From Gemmatimonadota bacterium (GTDB taxonomy: Bacteria > Gemmatimonadota > Gemmatimonadetes > Gemmatimonadales > GWC2-71-9): a stretch of 64,000 bases of DNA. Made by a program: the position numbers and the translations under genes. Positions 38,397 to 48,023 of this stretch are shown piece after piece. The stretch's first letter is position 1. The number at the start of each line of letters is the position of its first letter. The notes under the pieces were generated by a model, which saw only the letters and a list, made by a program, of their open reading frames with translations, searched no databases and had not been told where the DNA came from. The DNA lies in contig JAZDCZ010000247.1 of assembly GCA_036679605.1 (NCBI GenBank), positions 1 to 64,000 of the forward strand. Reading direction: 5' to 3'.

Positions 38397-39479
38397 CTAG
38401 TTAGATCGGCGGATATGCACGCTTCCCGATCCGGTGTCGATGGAGAGCCGAGTGCCGCCGTCACCGATTGTGCCGCTAAGATGGTCACGCGACCAGCGGC
38501 GGGTGGTCACGGGCATTCCCAGTTCGATGTCTCCGCTCCCCGTCTCGATATCGATGCTGGCGCCGAACGATTCAGGCACGGTAATCGTGACGCTCCCCGA
38601 GCCGGTGTCTATCTCGATGTTCCGGGCATCTGACAGCAGCTCCAGCGTTATGGATCCGCTTCCCGTATCGAGCCGGATGTCGGTTGCCTTTACTCGCTCG
38701 ACCCGGATTCTGCCCGATCCAGTATCGACGTCGAGATCCGAGATGTCGACGTCGGAAGCGGTAACAGAGCCTGAACCGGTATCGATCAACAAGGACCGGC
38801 CCTGTACTCCGGTCACCTCTACGCCACCCGAACCGGTGTCCAGGTTGACCTCTCCCTGAGCGTCGGTGACAGCAATTTGGCCTGAGCCTACGTCCACCAT
38901 CAGAGACCCCGTCGTCCCGCTCGCCGTTACATCGGCGCTGTGAGTGTCAATCAAGATTTCACCGTCGACGTTGGTGATCGAGGCTTGACCCACAGCCAAA
39001 TATATCTCGATGTGCTGTCCCTTCGGGACTCGGATCGTTAGGTCGGCGTAGGCCTCCAATCCACTTCCGGACCCTGCTACCGTCACACGGTCACCGCGGC
39101 CGCGCCGTCCGCCACGCGAATTGCCGCCGAACGTACCGTCGGCCCGTACCCTCAGTTCGGTGCGCGAGCGCCGTCCCAAGGAGGGATAGATGACGCGATC
39201 GTCCGGATAGATCACGCGCAGTGTCTGGGCATCGCCCAGGCTCCCCACTTCCACCGTTAGCTTGTCTGCATCATCCCCGCTCCGAACTACCTCCACTGTC
39301 ACGTTCGATCCTGATCCGGCCTCGACCTTCACCTCGCCCGCGATATTGTATATCGCGACGGTACGACCCGAGAGATCGTAGCTCTGACCGTGCGCCGCAG
39401 TGCTACCGACTCCTAGCAATCCCAGCCCTGCTGCCAACGGGATCAGTGAAAAAACGGCACTTCTACTCACAACCGACAT
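38397..39479 (-). CDS. DUF4097-type beta-strand repeat (putative adhesin) protein
   Basis: Signal peptide; many 'IDTGSG.V' repeats. Confidence 0.88.
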   Translation of the reverse strand: MSVVSRSAVFSLIPLAAGLGLLGVGSTAAHGQSYDLSGRTVAIYNIAGEVKVEAGSGSNVTVEVVRSGDDADKLTVEVGSLGDAQTLRVIYPDDRVIYPSLGRRSRTELRVRADGTFGGNSRGGRRGRGDRVTVAGSGSGLEAYADLTIRVPKGQHIEIYLAVGQASITNVDGEILIDTHSADVTASGTTGSLMVDVGSGQIAVTDAQGEVNLDTGSGGVEVTGVQGRSLLIDTGSGSVTASDVDISDLDVDTGSGRIRVERVKATDIRLDTGSGSITLELLSDARNIEIDTGSGSVTITVPESFGASIDIETGSGDIELGMPVTTRRWSRDHLSGTIGDGGTRLSIDTGSGSVHIRRSN

Positions 39480-39537
39480 GGTTTTCTCCTGGATTATGAA
39501 TGACTTCTACTGTCCTCAGGTTTGATACCTCAATCGG

Positions 39538-40476
39538 TCATAAGGTTGCGGGCGGTGGCCCGCCGGCACGTGCTCCCTCTTTGCCCTCCGTGGCATTGTC
39601 GAAAATCCGTCGCGTCGGGTAGGCGAAATCTATGTCGTCGCACACGCTGAATTCTCTCAGAATGTTCTCCCAGATTGCTGCGGTGCTCGTACGCCGTTTT
39701 CGTGGGTCGCAGAGGTAGCGCATCGTCAGAAGGACTCCGCAGTCGGGAACGGATGTGTAGACGATGGGAGTAAGACTCGAGTAGAATATCAGGTAACGAT
39801 TGGCAGCCTCTCTTATTCGTTCTTCCGCCTTCTTGGTAAGATGTTCCGAGTGGTCCCGTACAATTCTCCCTAGTATCTCCTTGGCCTTCTCCCAATCGCT
39901 CTCAAAAGTCACCAAGACACCAATTTCATTCCATATGTACCGGAAGCCTTTGCTGTAATTGGCAAGCACATCGGTCAATATCTTGCCGTTGGGGATGTGA
40001 ATTACCCGACCTGTGCTCTGATCGGCCTCAACCCAGTTGCCGATTTCCAGCAGAGTAAACTGGAAGATTCTCTGGTCGATTACGTCGCCCGCGTTTTCAC
40101 CAATCTGGATACGGTCTCCCACCTCAAACGGACGTCTCCAAAGGATGATGATCCAAGCGGCGAAGTTGACTACAATATCCTTGAGGGCGATGGCCAGACC
40201 GGCGCTCAGCAGTCCGAAGAAAGTTCCTAGAGATTGGAGTATCTCCGACCAAAGGGCTCCGACGATCACGAGTCCGGCGCCGACGGCGGCATACCGCGAT
40301 GTCTTTTGCCACCGGTACACTGTACGGACGTCTTCGATCCTCTTCCGCACTATGGTCAGAACAATGCGGCGCAGGATCGCCAGGCCCAGTACGATGATTA
40401 GCGACCAGATCAGCTTTCCCTGGGCGCCTGGGACGAAGTTCAACGTTTCTTGGAACCAGTTCGTAACATTAGGCAT
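39538..40476 (-). CDS. MscS-family mechanosensitive channel
   Basis: 'GLAIALKD...RPFEVGDRI.IG...GDV', 'IPN', 'FAYPT'. Confidence 0.9.
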   Translation of the reverse strand: MPNVTNWFQETLNFVPGAQGKLIWSLIIVLGLAILRRIVLTIVRKRIEDVRTVYRWQKTSRYAAVGAGLVIVGALWSEILQSLGTFFGLLSAGLAIALKDIVVNFAAWIIILWRRPFEVGDRIQIGENAGDVIDQRIFQFTLLEIGNWVEADQSTGRVIHIPNGKILTDVLANYSKGFRYIWNEIGVLVTFESDWEKAKEILGRIVRDHSEHLTKKAEERIREAANRYLIFYSSLTPIVYTSVPDCGVLLTMRYLCDPRKRRTSTAAIWENILREFSVCDDIDFAYPTRRIFDNATEGKEGARAGGPPPATL

Positions 40477-40531
40477 AGCGGCCTGAGAGTTGTTGCCGGG
40501 ATTTGCCCCCCCCACCCCGATGTGGTGGAGG

Positions 40532-41194
40532 CTAGCCCCTGCAGTCGGTTCTGGTTGCGAAGGTGGCGATCTCAGAGGGCTGGGTCAACCAGCGGTCCGG
40601 CGGCGGACTGTCGAGGTCGCTACGCTCGAAGGGTCCCCAAAGGGCAGCTGCGGTGATCACTCCGGCGGCCCGTCCGGCGGCCATGTCGTGTGGTGAGTCT
40701 CCCACAAATACAGTCCGGCTGGCGTTGGCTTCGAGGAGTTCGAGCGCCCTAAGGACGGGAGCCGGATCCGGCTTGTGTTTTGTGACATCGTCGGCAGCCA
40801 CGAGAGTATTGAACAGGCCTGAGAGTTCGCAGACCTCGAGTCCGCGGTGCGCACCGGCCCGGGCTTTGCTAGTGACGATGCCCAGGCGATCCGTCGTGCT
40901 CCGGAGTGATTCGAGCGCATGCTTGATGCCGGGATAGGGGCGGACCGATTCGTCATGGTGAGCCAGCGTGTAGTTTCTGTACGTTGTTATCATCGAGTCG
41001 AGTTCGGCGGAGTCTCGGGCAAAGGCCTTGAGCTGAGTTCGCAACGGCGTTCCGACTCCGGCGAGCCACGCACGGTCGGGTGGAACCGATTGACCGTGTT
41101 CTCGAATAGTGTGTCGAAACGAACTGAGGATTAGTTCTATTGAATCGATCAGTGTGCCGTCGAGATCGAAAAGGAATGTGTCGATTATTGACAT
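40532..41194 (-). CDS. HAD-family phosphatase (PpaX-like)
   Basis: 'FDLDGTLIDS', 'VTSK', 'KPDP.P', 'VGDS..D'. Confidence 0.9.
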   Translation of the reverse strand: MSIIDTFLFDLDGTLIDSIELILSSFRHTIREHGQSVPPDRAWLAGVGTPLRTQLKAFARDSAELDSMITTYRNYTLAHHDESVRPYPGIKHALESLRSTTDRLGIVTSKARAGAHRGLEVCELSGLFNTLVAADDVTKHKPDPAPVLRALELLEANASRTVFVGDSPHDMAAGRAAGVITAAALWGPFERSDLDSPPPDRWLTQPSEIATFATRTDCRG

Positions 41195-41290
41195 TTGCAG
41201 AAGATCTCCGGTCTCTTCTATTTTCGCTAGCTCGAGAGGATTCGCGATGGTGCCGCGTGGGTCCTCTTTGCCTGTCCTAGAGATGTGTTG

Positions 41291-44005
41291 ATGAACATTA
41301 AAGTACTGAAAGCCAGTGTTGTCCTTTCGCTTGTCGCCGCTGGTTCGGCGGGGGCTCAGGGATCCCCTGTCCAGGAATCCCTGAGCAGTCAAGGTAATCG
41401 TGACGCTAACCCGGGTAGTGACGTTCCTACGGAGATTAGGGCGGTGCGGGCGCAGGGTGCGGCGCCTGTAATCGACGGAAAACTCGATGATGAGGCATGG
41501 ACGCGGGCTCCTGCGATAACACGGTTTTTGCAGCGGAACCCCATTGAAGGTGCAGAGCCGAGTGAATCGACCGCAGTCAAGTTCGTATACACCGACCGGT
41601 CGTTGTACGTGGCATTCCGTGGTTACGACAGCGATCCGGGCAAGGTTTACGGCCGTCTCACCCGAAGAGACCAGCGGACCTCGGCCGATGGTTTCTCGCT
41701 ATTCATCGACTCGTTCTTCGATCGTCGTACCGCCTTCGAGTTCTCCTTCAATCCCTCGGGTTCGCGGCGCGACGTTTTCATATACGACGACGGGCGAGGT
41801 CGAGACGATACTTGGGATCCGGTATACGATTGGGCTACCAAGATCGACTCGCTGGGATGGACGGTTGAGCTACGGATTCCGTTCTCGCAACTGCGGTTTC
41901 CGGCCGGTGATTCGGTGGTGTTCGGTATCCGGCTCAGGCGTCAGATCAATCGGCGCAATGAGGACGAATCATGGCCGTTCTTCCCCAGGGATCAGGCCGG
42001 AGAGGTGTCGAATTATGCGACGCTGGTGGGCCTGGAAGGTCTGCCACGACCGCGCCGCGTTGAACTCTTACCTTACACGGCGGGGAGTGCGCAGTTCGAT
42101 CCCGCCGAGGCAGGGAATCCGTTTGAAACGGGGCAACAATCCACCGTGAGGGCCGGTGCAGATCTTAAGGTCGGCCTCACGAGCGCGATAACGCTCGAAT
42201 TGACAGCCAACCCCGACTTCGGACAAGTTGAGGCAGATGCCGCCGAGGTCAATCTGTCGGCCTTCGAGACTTTTTTCCCGGAGAAACGTCCGTTCTTCGT
42301 CGAGGGCACGAACCTCTTCAGATTTGGTCTTACGCCGGCCGCGAGGGGTCGCTTTGGGTTCTCCCGTGGGGGTAGTGAGGGGCTGGTGTTTACCCGGCGG
42401 ATCGGTAGGCCCCCGCAGATCTCGCCCGACGCCGCCGGCGGTTTTGTGGATCAAATGAGACAGACGACCATCCTTTCGGCCGGCAAGTTGACCGGCCAAC
42501 TCTCAGGGGGGTGGGCGTTCGGGCTGCTGCAGGCTGTGACGGCCAAGGAGAGGGCATCGCTGGTCGATTCAGTTGGCCTTCGCGGTTCCTCTGCTGTAGA
42601 ACCATTAACGAGCTACTCGGCGTTGAGGATCCAGCGTAACGCGGCGCGTGGGCGTGTGGCTTATGGCGCGATGGCGACGTCTACGGTGCGGCGCCTCGAC
42701 GATGCGAGCTTCAATGAGATGCACGAGCGGGCGTTCTCGGGTGGCACCGATTTGAACCTGCGCTTCGCCAGCGATCGGTACGAGATCGGGGCGGCCGTAA
42801 TGGGTTCCCGAGTCGAAGGTTCGCCCGACGCCATACTCCGTACGCAGCGCGCTTCCGCGCGCTACTACCAGAGACCGGACAAAGACTATGCAACATTGGA
42901 CTCCTCACGCACCGCACTGGAGGGATTCGCCGGTAATGCGAGGGTGGCCAAGGTCGTCGGGTTCTTCACGTGGGAGGCCAGATACGCTACGCGGAGTCCC
43001 GGTTTTGAAGTCAACGACCTAGGGTTTCTGCGTCAGGCGGATCTTCACGAACAGCGAACGCAAGCCAATCTGCGATGGCTCAAGCCAGGCAAGGTCTTTC
43101 GGCGGTTCGAATGGAGAGTCCAGGAAGATGCACGGTTTACGTACGGGGGCGAGCGCACGCAGACCCAATTCCAGACGAGGATCGACGCGGATTTTCTCAA
43201 CTACTGGAATATGAATATCAATGTCCAGCGCAGCCTCTCGAGCCTTTCGACTCGACTGTTGAGAGGCGGCCCGGCCTTGACTCAGCCGGGACGCTGGCAA
43301 GGGAGCTGGCGGGGACGTACGGACTTCAGGCGGCGCATATCGGGCGACTTAGGAGTAACGTACTCGCGAGAGGATGAATCCCAAGCTACTACGTTGAGGC
43401 TAGACACCGGCTTCCGACTCAGACCGCCGGGCGGTTTTTCACTGACGCTTGATGCCGATGCGACGTTCAACACGTCCGACCGGCAATTTCTCACCAGCGA
43501 GACAGCGCTCGATTCGACCTTCTATGTATTCGGACGTCTCGATCGCAAGGAATTCTCTATCACTTTGCGAGGAGATCTGGCACTGACACCTCGACTGTCG
43601 CTCGAACTGTATGCGCAGCCGTTCGTATCGACCGGCGAATACGAATCGATCAAGCTAGTCGACGATCCGCGCGCTAGCGCCTACGGTGACCGCTTCGACG
43701 TGCTCGGGCCTGACCGGCTAGACCGGCCTGGTGGGGGTGTCGATGTGGCCGTGGACGTGGATCGTGATGGCACAGCAAACTTCACGTTTGGAGACCCCGA
43801 CTTCCGTGTTGTATCGCTTCGTACCAACCTGGTGTTGCGGTGGGAGTTTGGCCCCGGTTCGACGCTCTTCCTAGTTTGGCAACAGGACCGGCGCGACCGC
43901 ATTGACGATGCCTCCTTCAGGATCGGAAGCGGTTTGGCCGATGCGTTCTCGGCCGAGGGGACCCAGGTGTTGGCGATGAAGATCGCGTATTGGTTGGGCA
44001 GCTAG
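41291..44005 (+). CDS. CBM9-like / DUF5916 outer-membrane protein
   Basis: Signal peptide; 'IDGKLDDEAW', 'W.VE.RIPFSQLRF', 'NPDFGQVEAD...NL..FE.FFPEKRPFF.EG'; terminal 'KIAYWL'. Confidence 0.85.
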   Translation: MNIKVLKASVVLSLVAAGSAGAQGSPVQESLSSQGNRDANPGSDVPTEIRAVRAQGAAPVIDGKLDDEAWTRAPAITRFLQRNPIEGAEPSESTAVKFVYTDRSLYVAFRGYDSDPGKVYGRLTRRDQRTSADGFSLFIDSFFDRRTAFEFSFNPSGSRRDVFIYDDGRGRDDTWDPVYDWATKIDSLGWTVELRIPFSQLRFPAGDSVVFGIRLRRQINRRNEDESWPFFPRDQAGEVSNYATLVGLEGLPRPRRVELLPYTAGSAQFDPAEAGNPFETGQQSTVRAGADLKVGLTSAITLELTANPDFGQVEADAAEVNLSAFETFFPEKRPFFVEGTNLFRFGLTPAARGRFGFSRGGSEGLVFTRRIGRPPQISPDAAGGFVDQMRQTTILSAGKLTGQLSGGWAFGLLQAVTAKERASLVDSVGLRGSSAVEPLTSYSALRIQRNAARGRVAYGAMATSTVRRLDDASFNEMHERAFSGGTDLNLRFASDRYEIGAAVMGSRVEGSPDAILRTQRASARYYQRPDKDYATLDSSRTALEGFAGNARVAKVVGFFTWEARYATRSPGFEVNDLGFLRQADLHEQRTQANLRWLKPGKVFRRFEWRVQEDARFTYGGERTQTQFQTRIDADFLNYWNMNINVQRSLSSLSTRLLRGGPALTQPGRWQGSWRGRTDFRRRISGDLGVTYSREDESQATTLRLDTGFRLRPPGGFSLTLDADATFNTSDRQFLTSETALDSTFYVFGRLDRKEFSITLRGDLALTPRLSLELYAQPFVSTGEYESIKLVDDPRASAYGDRFDVLGPDRLDRPGGGVDVAVDVDRDGTANFTFGDPDFRVVSLRTNLVLRWEFGPGSTLFLVWQQDRRDRIDDASFRIGSGLADAFSAEGTQVLAMKIAYWLGS

Positions 44006-44074
44006 GGACCGTAACGGTGCTCTTGCGAACGCACCGACAATAGACTTGACCATACTCACTGCTCTGGAGAACGA

Positions 44075-45796
44075 ATGAAGCGATCCGTCCTGGTCACTCT
44101 GATCCTGTCCGCACTGTGTGTTGTCCCGATCCAAAGCGCAATTGCCCAGACTCCGCAGTTCGATCTAATCATCGTCGGTGGAAAGATCATAGATGGGGCG
44201 GGTAACCCATGGCGCTACGGAGACGTCGGAATTCGTGCTAACCGAATAGCCGCGATCGGCCGCTTGGAGCACGCGAGTGCGGCAAGAACGATCGATGCCA
44301 AGGGCAAGATCGTGGTACCTGGTTTCATCGATCTACACTCGCACGCAGGTGGGCCGATCTACGGGCCGCGCGGGCTCAGGAACCCGGACCCGCATCGTCG
44401 TGCGGCGCCAAATCTCGTTGCGCAAGGCATCACCACCGTGGTAGTGAACCAAGACGGCCGATCGGTTTGGCCCATTGCCGAGCAGCGCAGCGCGCTGGAA
44501 AGGCTCAGGTTCGGGCCCAATACCATACTCATGGTCGGGCACGGGACGGTGCGCCGCGAAGTAATGGGAGGTGATTTTCGCCGGGCAGCAACGGACGACG
44601 AAGTAGAACAAATGCGGGCCTTGGTTCGGCAGGGAATGGAAGAGGGAGCATCTGGGATGTCGGCTGGACTGGAATACGCACCAGGTCGCTGGAGCACCAC
44701 CGACGAAGTAGTGGCGTTGACCGAAGAAATAGTACCCTATGGTGGCGTGTACATATCGCACGAGCGGAGTGAAGGCGCCGACCCGATGTGGTATTGGCCG
44801 AGTCAGTACGACCAACGTCCTCCCAGTCTACTGGATGCTGTGCGCGAGACCATTGAGATAGGGCGCCGAACGGGTGCTACGGTCGTCGCAAGCCATATCA
44901 AGGCAAAGGGTGCCGACTATTGGGGTGCGTCCAGCGCAGCAATTCGACTCATCAACGAGGCGCGCGCGGATGGTGTGTCGGTTTACGCCGACCAATACCC
45001 CTACAATACTACCGGTAGCGACGGCAACACGGTGCTCATTCCAAGTTGGGTCTGGCAATCATCTCGTGGGGAGCGTAGGAGGCAGCAAGATTTTGCCGGC
45101 CGAGTAAAAGCGATAATGAACGACGAGGTTGCCGCCCTTGCATTGCGTGGCGACATAGCGCACGAGATTCAGCGGCGAGGTGGTGCATCACAGGTTGTAG
45201 TGATGGCCTTCGTAGATTCGAGCTATGTTGGAAAGTCCATTGAAGAACTGGCCGTTGCTCGCGGCATTACGCCTGTCGATATGGCAATAGCGTTACAGTT
45301 GGAGGGCGAGTCCGGTCGGCGAGGTGGCGCCAGATTACGTGGTTTTTCACTGTCGGAATATGACATCGAACCGTACGCTTCACAGCCTTGGACGGCTACG
45401 GCTACCGATGGTTGGATAACGTTGCCCGAGGATGGTCCAACTCACACGCGCGTGTACGGTACCTACCCAAGAAAGATTCAACGATACGCCATTGAGCGCG
45501 GAATTATCTCAGTGGAGGATGCGGTTCGGTCGGCAAGTTCGTTGCCCGCTCAGATACTGGGACTAAAGGACAGAGGCCTGATACAGGAGGGATTCATCGC
45601 CGATCTGGTAGTGATGGATCTCGCGAAGCTCAAAGACAACTCCACTTTCTTCAGGCCCCACCAGTACCCGAGCGGCATTGACTATGTGATGGTGAACGGT
45701 ACCATGGTAGTGGACGCCGGCGAAATAACCTGGGCATTGCCGGGCTTGATCATTCCGTCTGCCAAGAGCAAGAACGTGGACACCACGGGAGGTTGA
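44075..45796 (+). CDS. N-acyl-D-amino-acid deacylase (amidohydrolase)
   Basis: 'PGFIDLHSH', 'GL.YAPG', 'DQYPY', 'YGTYPR', 'ADLVV'. Confidence 0.9.
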   Translation: MKRSVLVTLILSALCVVPIQSAIAQTPQFDLIIVGGKIIDGAGNPWRYGDVGIRANRIAAIGRLEHASAARTIDAKGKIVVPGFIDLHSHAGGPIYGPRGLRNPDPHRRAAPNLVAQGITTVVVNQDGRSVWPIAEQRSALERLRFGPNTILMVGHGTVRREVMGGDFRRAATDDEVEQMRALVRQGMEEGASGMSAGLEYAPGRWSTTDEVVALTEEIVPYGGVYISHERSEGADPMWYWPSQYDQRPPSLLDAVRETIEIGRRTGATVVASHIKAKGADYWGASSAAIRLINEARADGVSVYADQYPYNTTGSDGNTVLIPSWVWQSSRGERRRQQDFAGRVKAIMNDEVAALALRGDIAHEIQRRGGASQVVVMAFVDSSYVGKSIEELAVARGITPVDMAIALQLEGESGRRGGARLRGFSLSEYDIEPYASQPWTATATDGWITLPEDGPTHTRVYGTYPRKIQRYAIERGIISVEDAVRSASSLPAQILGLKDRGLIQEGFIADLVVMDLAKLKDNSTFFRPHQYPSGIDYVMVNGTMVVDAGEITWALPGLIIPSAKSKNVDTTGG

Positions 45797-45797
45797 T

Positions 45798-46919
45798 ATG
45801 AACATTCGCCGATTGCTAACTGCTACAGCACTTGCAATCTTTGTTAGCGTAACGCCGGCAACGACGGTAGCGCAGGTCAGTCGGGTTGCAACCGCCCCGG
45901 CTCCGGGTTCTTACACCGAGGTCGTGAATCAGAGCCGTACGCTTATCGACTCTGTCATGCGAGCGCGCAACATCCCGGGTCTTTCGATAGCGGTCAGCAT
46001 GGACGGCAATGTGGTCTGGTCCGAAGGATTTGGATATGCCAATTTGGAACAGCAAACCTCGGTAACGTCGACCACCAAATTCCGTATCGGCAGCGTATCA
46101 AAATCACTGACGTCAGTCGCGCTGGGTCAGCTGTATGAGCAGGGCAAATTGGACTTTGATTCGCCGGTTCAGAGTTATGTTCCGTCGTTTCCCGAGAAGG
46201 AAAAGGGAGAAGTGACGGTTCGATTGCTGGCCGGACACCTTGCAGGCATACGACATTATGACGGCAGGGAAATGCTTAACAGCAGACGGTACGGCACTGT
46301 GTCGGACGGCTTGGATATCTTCAAGAACGACACATTGCTGACTTCTCCCGGCACAAAGTACTCGTATTCGAGCTACGGATGGAACCTGCTGAGCGCCGTT
46401 GTGGAAGGCGCTTCAGGCGAACGATTCCTTGCCTACATGAGCGACCATGTTTTCGGTCCACTAGGGATGCGTCATACAGTAGCCGGTCACACCGATAGCA
46501 TCATCGTCGGCCGCACGGGTTTCTATGTTCGCAGCGGGGAAGGCAGCCTCATCAACGCGCCGTATGTGGACAACAGTTACAAGTGGGCAGGTGGTGGGTT
46601 CCTTTCGACACCCGAGGACCTGCTTACTTTCGCCAATGCGCTCTTGCTACGGGATTTTCTGAAGCCTGAGACGGTTCAAATGATGTGGACGTCGCAAAAG
46701 AATTCGGCTGGTGAAGATATAGGCTACGGCATCGGCTGGTTTATGGGTGAGCGTGGTGATGTTCCCGCCGTGTGGCATGGTGGTGGATCGGTGGGAGGAA
46801 ACAGCCTGCTTCTCATCATCCCGAGCGCGAAGCTGGTACTTGCGCTTACGACGAACATTTCAAACGCGGGGTTCAGAGACGCGCCACTGCGGATTGCAAA
46901 GGCTTTTGCCGGGATGTAG
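45798..46919 (+). CDS. Serine hydrolase, beta-lactamase class C / LACTB-like
   Basis: SxxK ('IGSVSK'), 'YSSYG', 'HGGG'. Confidence 0.9.
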   Translation: MNIRRLLTATALAIFVSVTPATTVAQVSRVATAPAPGSYTEVVNQSRTLIDSVMRARNIPGLSIAVSMDGNVVWSEGFGYANLEQQTSVTSTTKFRIGSVSKSLTSVALGQLYEQGKLDFDSPVQSYVPSFPEKEKGEVTVRLLAGHLAGIRHYDGREMLNSRRYGTVSDGLDIFKNDTLLTSPGTKYSYSSYGWNLLSAVVEGASGERFLAYMSDHVFGPLGMRHTVAGHTDSIIVGRTGFYVRSGEGSLINAPYVDNSYKWAGGGFLSTPEDLLTFANALLLRDFLKPETVQMMWTSQKNSAGEDIGYGIGWFMGERGDVPAVWHGGGSVGGNSLLLIIPSAKLVLALTTNISNAGFRDAPLRIAKAFAGM

Positions 46920-46931
46920 GGGAGAGCAGGC

Positions 46932-48008
46932 CTACGCCGGCAGAAAAAAGAACGCCATTGCAAGAATAGCGTAAACGGCGAGTAGTAATACTCCTTCCAT
47001 CCAGTGGGTTTCTCCGTCTTGCGCGATCGCGAGAATCACTCCGACCGACATTGCGATAGCCAGCACTTCCATCGCGGTAAATCTCAAGTCCATCGGGGAA
47101 GGCCCAACCATGTAGCTCAGAAACACGAGAAGTGGTGCCACGAAGAGAGCAATCTGTAAAGACGATCCAAGAGCTATGTTGATACTGAGGTCCATCTTGT
47201 TCTTCATCGCGACCAGAACCGCGGTCGAATGCTCCGCAGCATTGCCTATGATCGCCAGCAGAACTACCCCAACAAAGACGTGATTCATCCCGAAGGTTTC
47301 AGCAGCGCTCTCGGCGGATCCCACCAACAACTCACTCATCACACCGATCGCACCAGCCGCTAGCAGCAGTACGGTGATTGCTTTGCGGAGCGACCAGCTG
47401 GGTGTTTGGGGCTGCGGTTCGAATTCGGGGGACATCCCGGCATAGAGGTGCTGGTGTGTCCGAAGAGAGAAGACTAGTGAGAGTATGTAGGTCACCATGA
47501 GAACAATCGAGATAAGCAGACTCAATGTTTGTTCGTTCGCGGCCGCTCCACCTCCGGAAACCATGTGAAAGATCGCGGGCACTACTAACCCGATCGCACT
47601 CAGGAGCAGCAACGAGGCGCTTTGACTTGCAGCCGTAGGGTTGAACTTGAGCGTCTTGGAACCGAGGCCTCCCAGTAGAGCCGAGAGACCGAAGACGAAT
47701 AACACGTTGCCGATGATCGAACCGGTGAGCGAGGCTTTGACAAGGTCGTATAGTCCCGCACGTAGCGCAATGATCGCGATTATCAGTTCGGCGGCATTGC
47801 CGAAAGTCGCGTTGAGGAGTCCTCCCAAACCAGGACCAACATGTTCCTCGAGGTGCTCGGTGGCCTGGCCCATCAGGCCGGCCAACGGAATCACCGCAAG
47901 GGCAGAGGCAACAAAGACCCACGTGGCCGGCGCATGGACGCCAAGATCGAGTACCAATGCCACTGGCACGAAGACCAGTAGCAATAACCCAATCATGTTC
48001 TTACCCAT
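46932..48008 (-). CDS. cax: Calcium/proton exchanger (CAX family)
   Basis: '[13 protein letters not shown]', 'GNAAEH', 'GSSLQIALF'. Confidence 0.93.
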   Translation of the reverse strand: MGKNMIGLLLLVFVPVALVLDLGVHAPATWVFVASALAVIPLAGLMGQATEHLEEHVGPGLGGLLNATFGNAAELIIAIIALRAGLYDLVKASLTGSIIGNVLFVFGLSALLGGLGSKTLKFNPTAASQSASLLLLSAIGLVVPAIFHMVSGGGAAANEQTLSLLISIVLMVTYILSLVFSLRTHQHLYAGMSPEFEPQPQTPSWSLRKAITVLLLAAGAIGVMSELLVGSAESAAETFGMNHVFVGVVLLAIIGNAAEHSTAVLVAMKNKMDLSINIALGSSLQIALFVAPLLVFLSYMVGPSPMDLRFTAMEVLAIAMSVGVILAIAQDGETHWMEGVLLLAVYAILAMAFFFLPA

Positions 48009-48023
48009 GACGGATGCGGTCCC

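Noticed and set aside
45798..46919. Antibiotic-resistance beta-lactamase
   Set aside because: Generic serine hydrolase motifs, paired with a D-aminoacylase; peptide scavenging is more likely.
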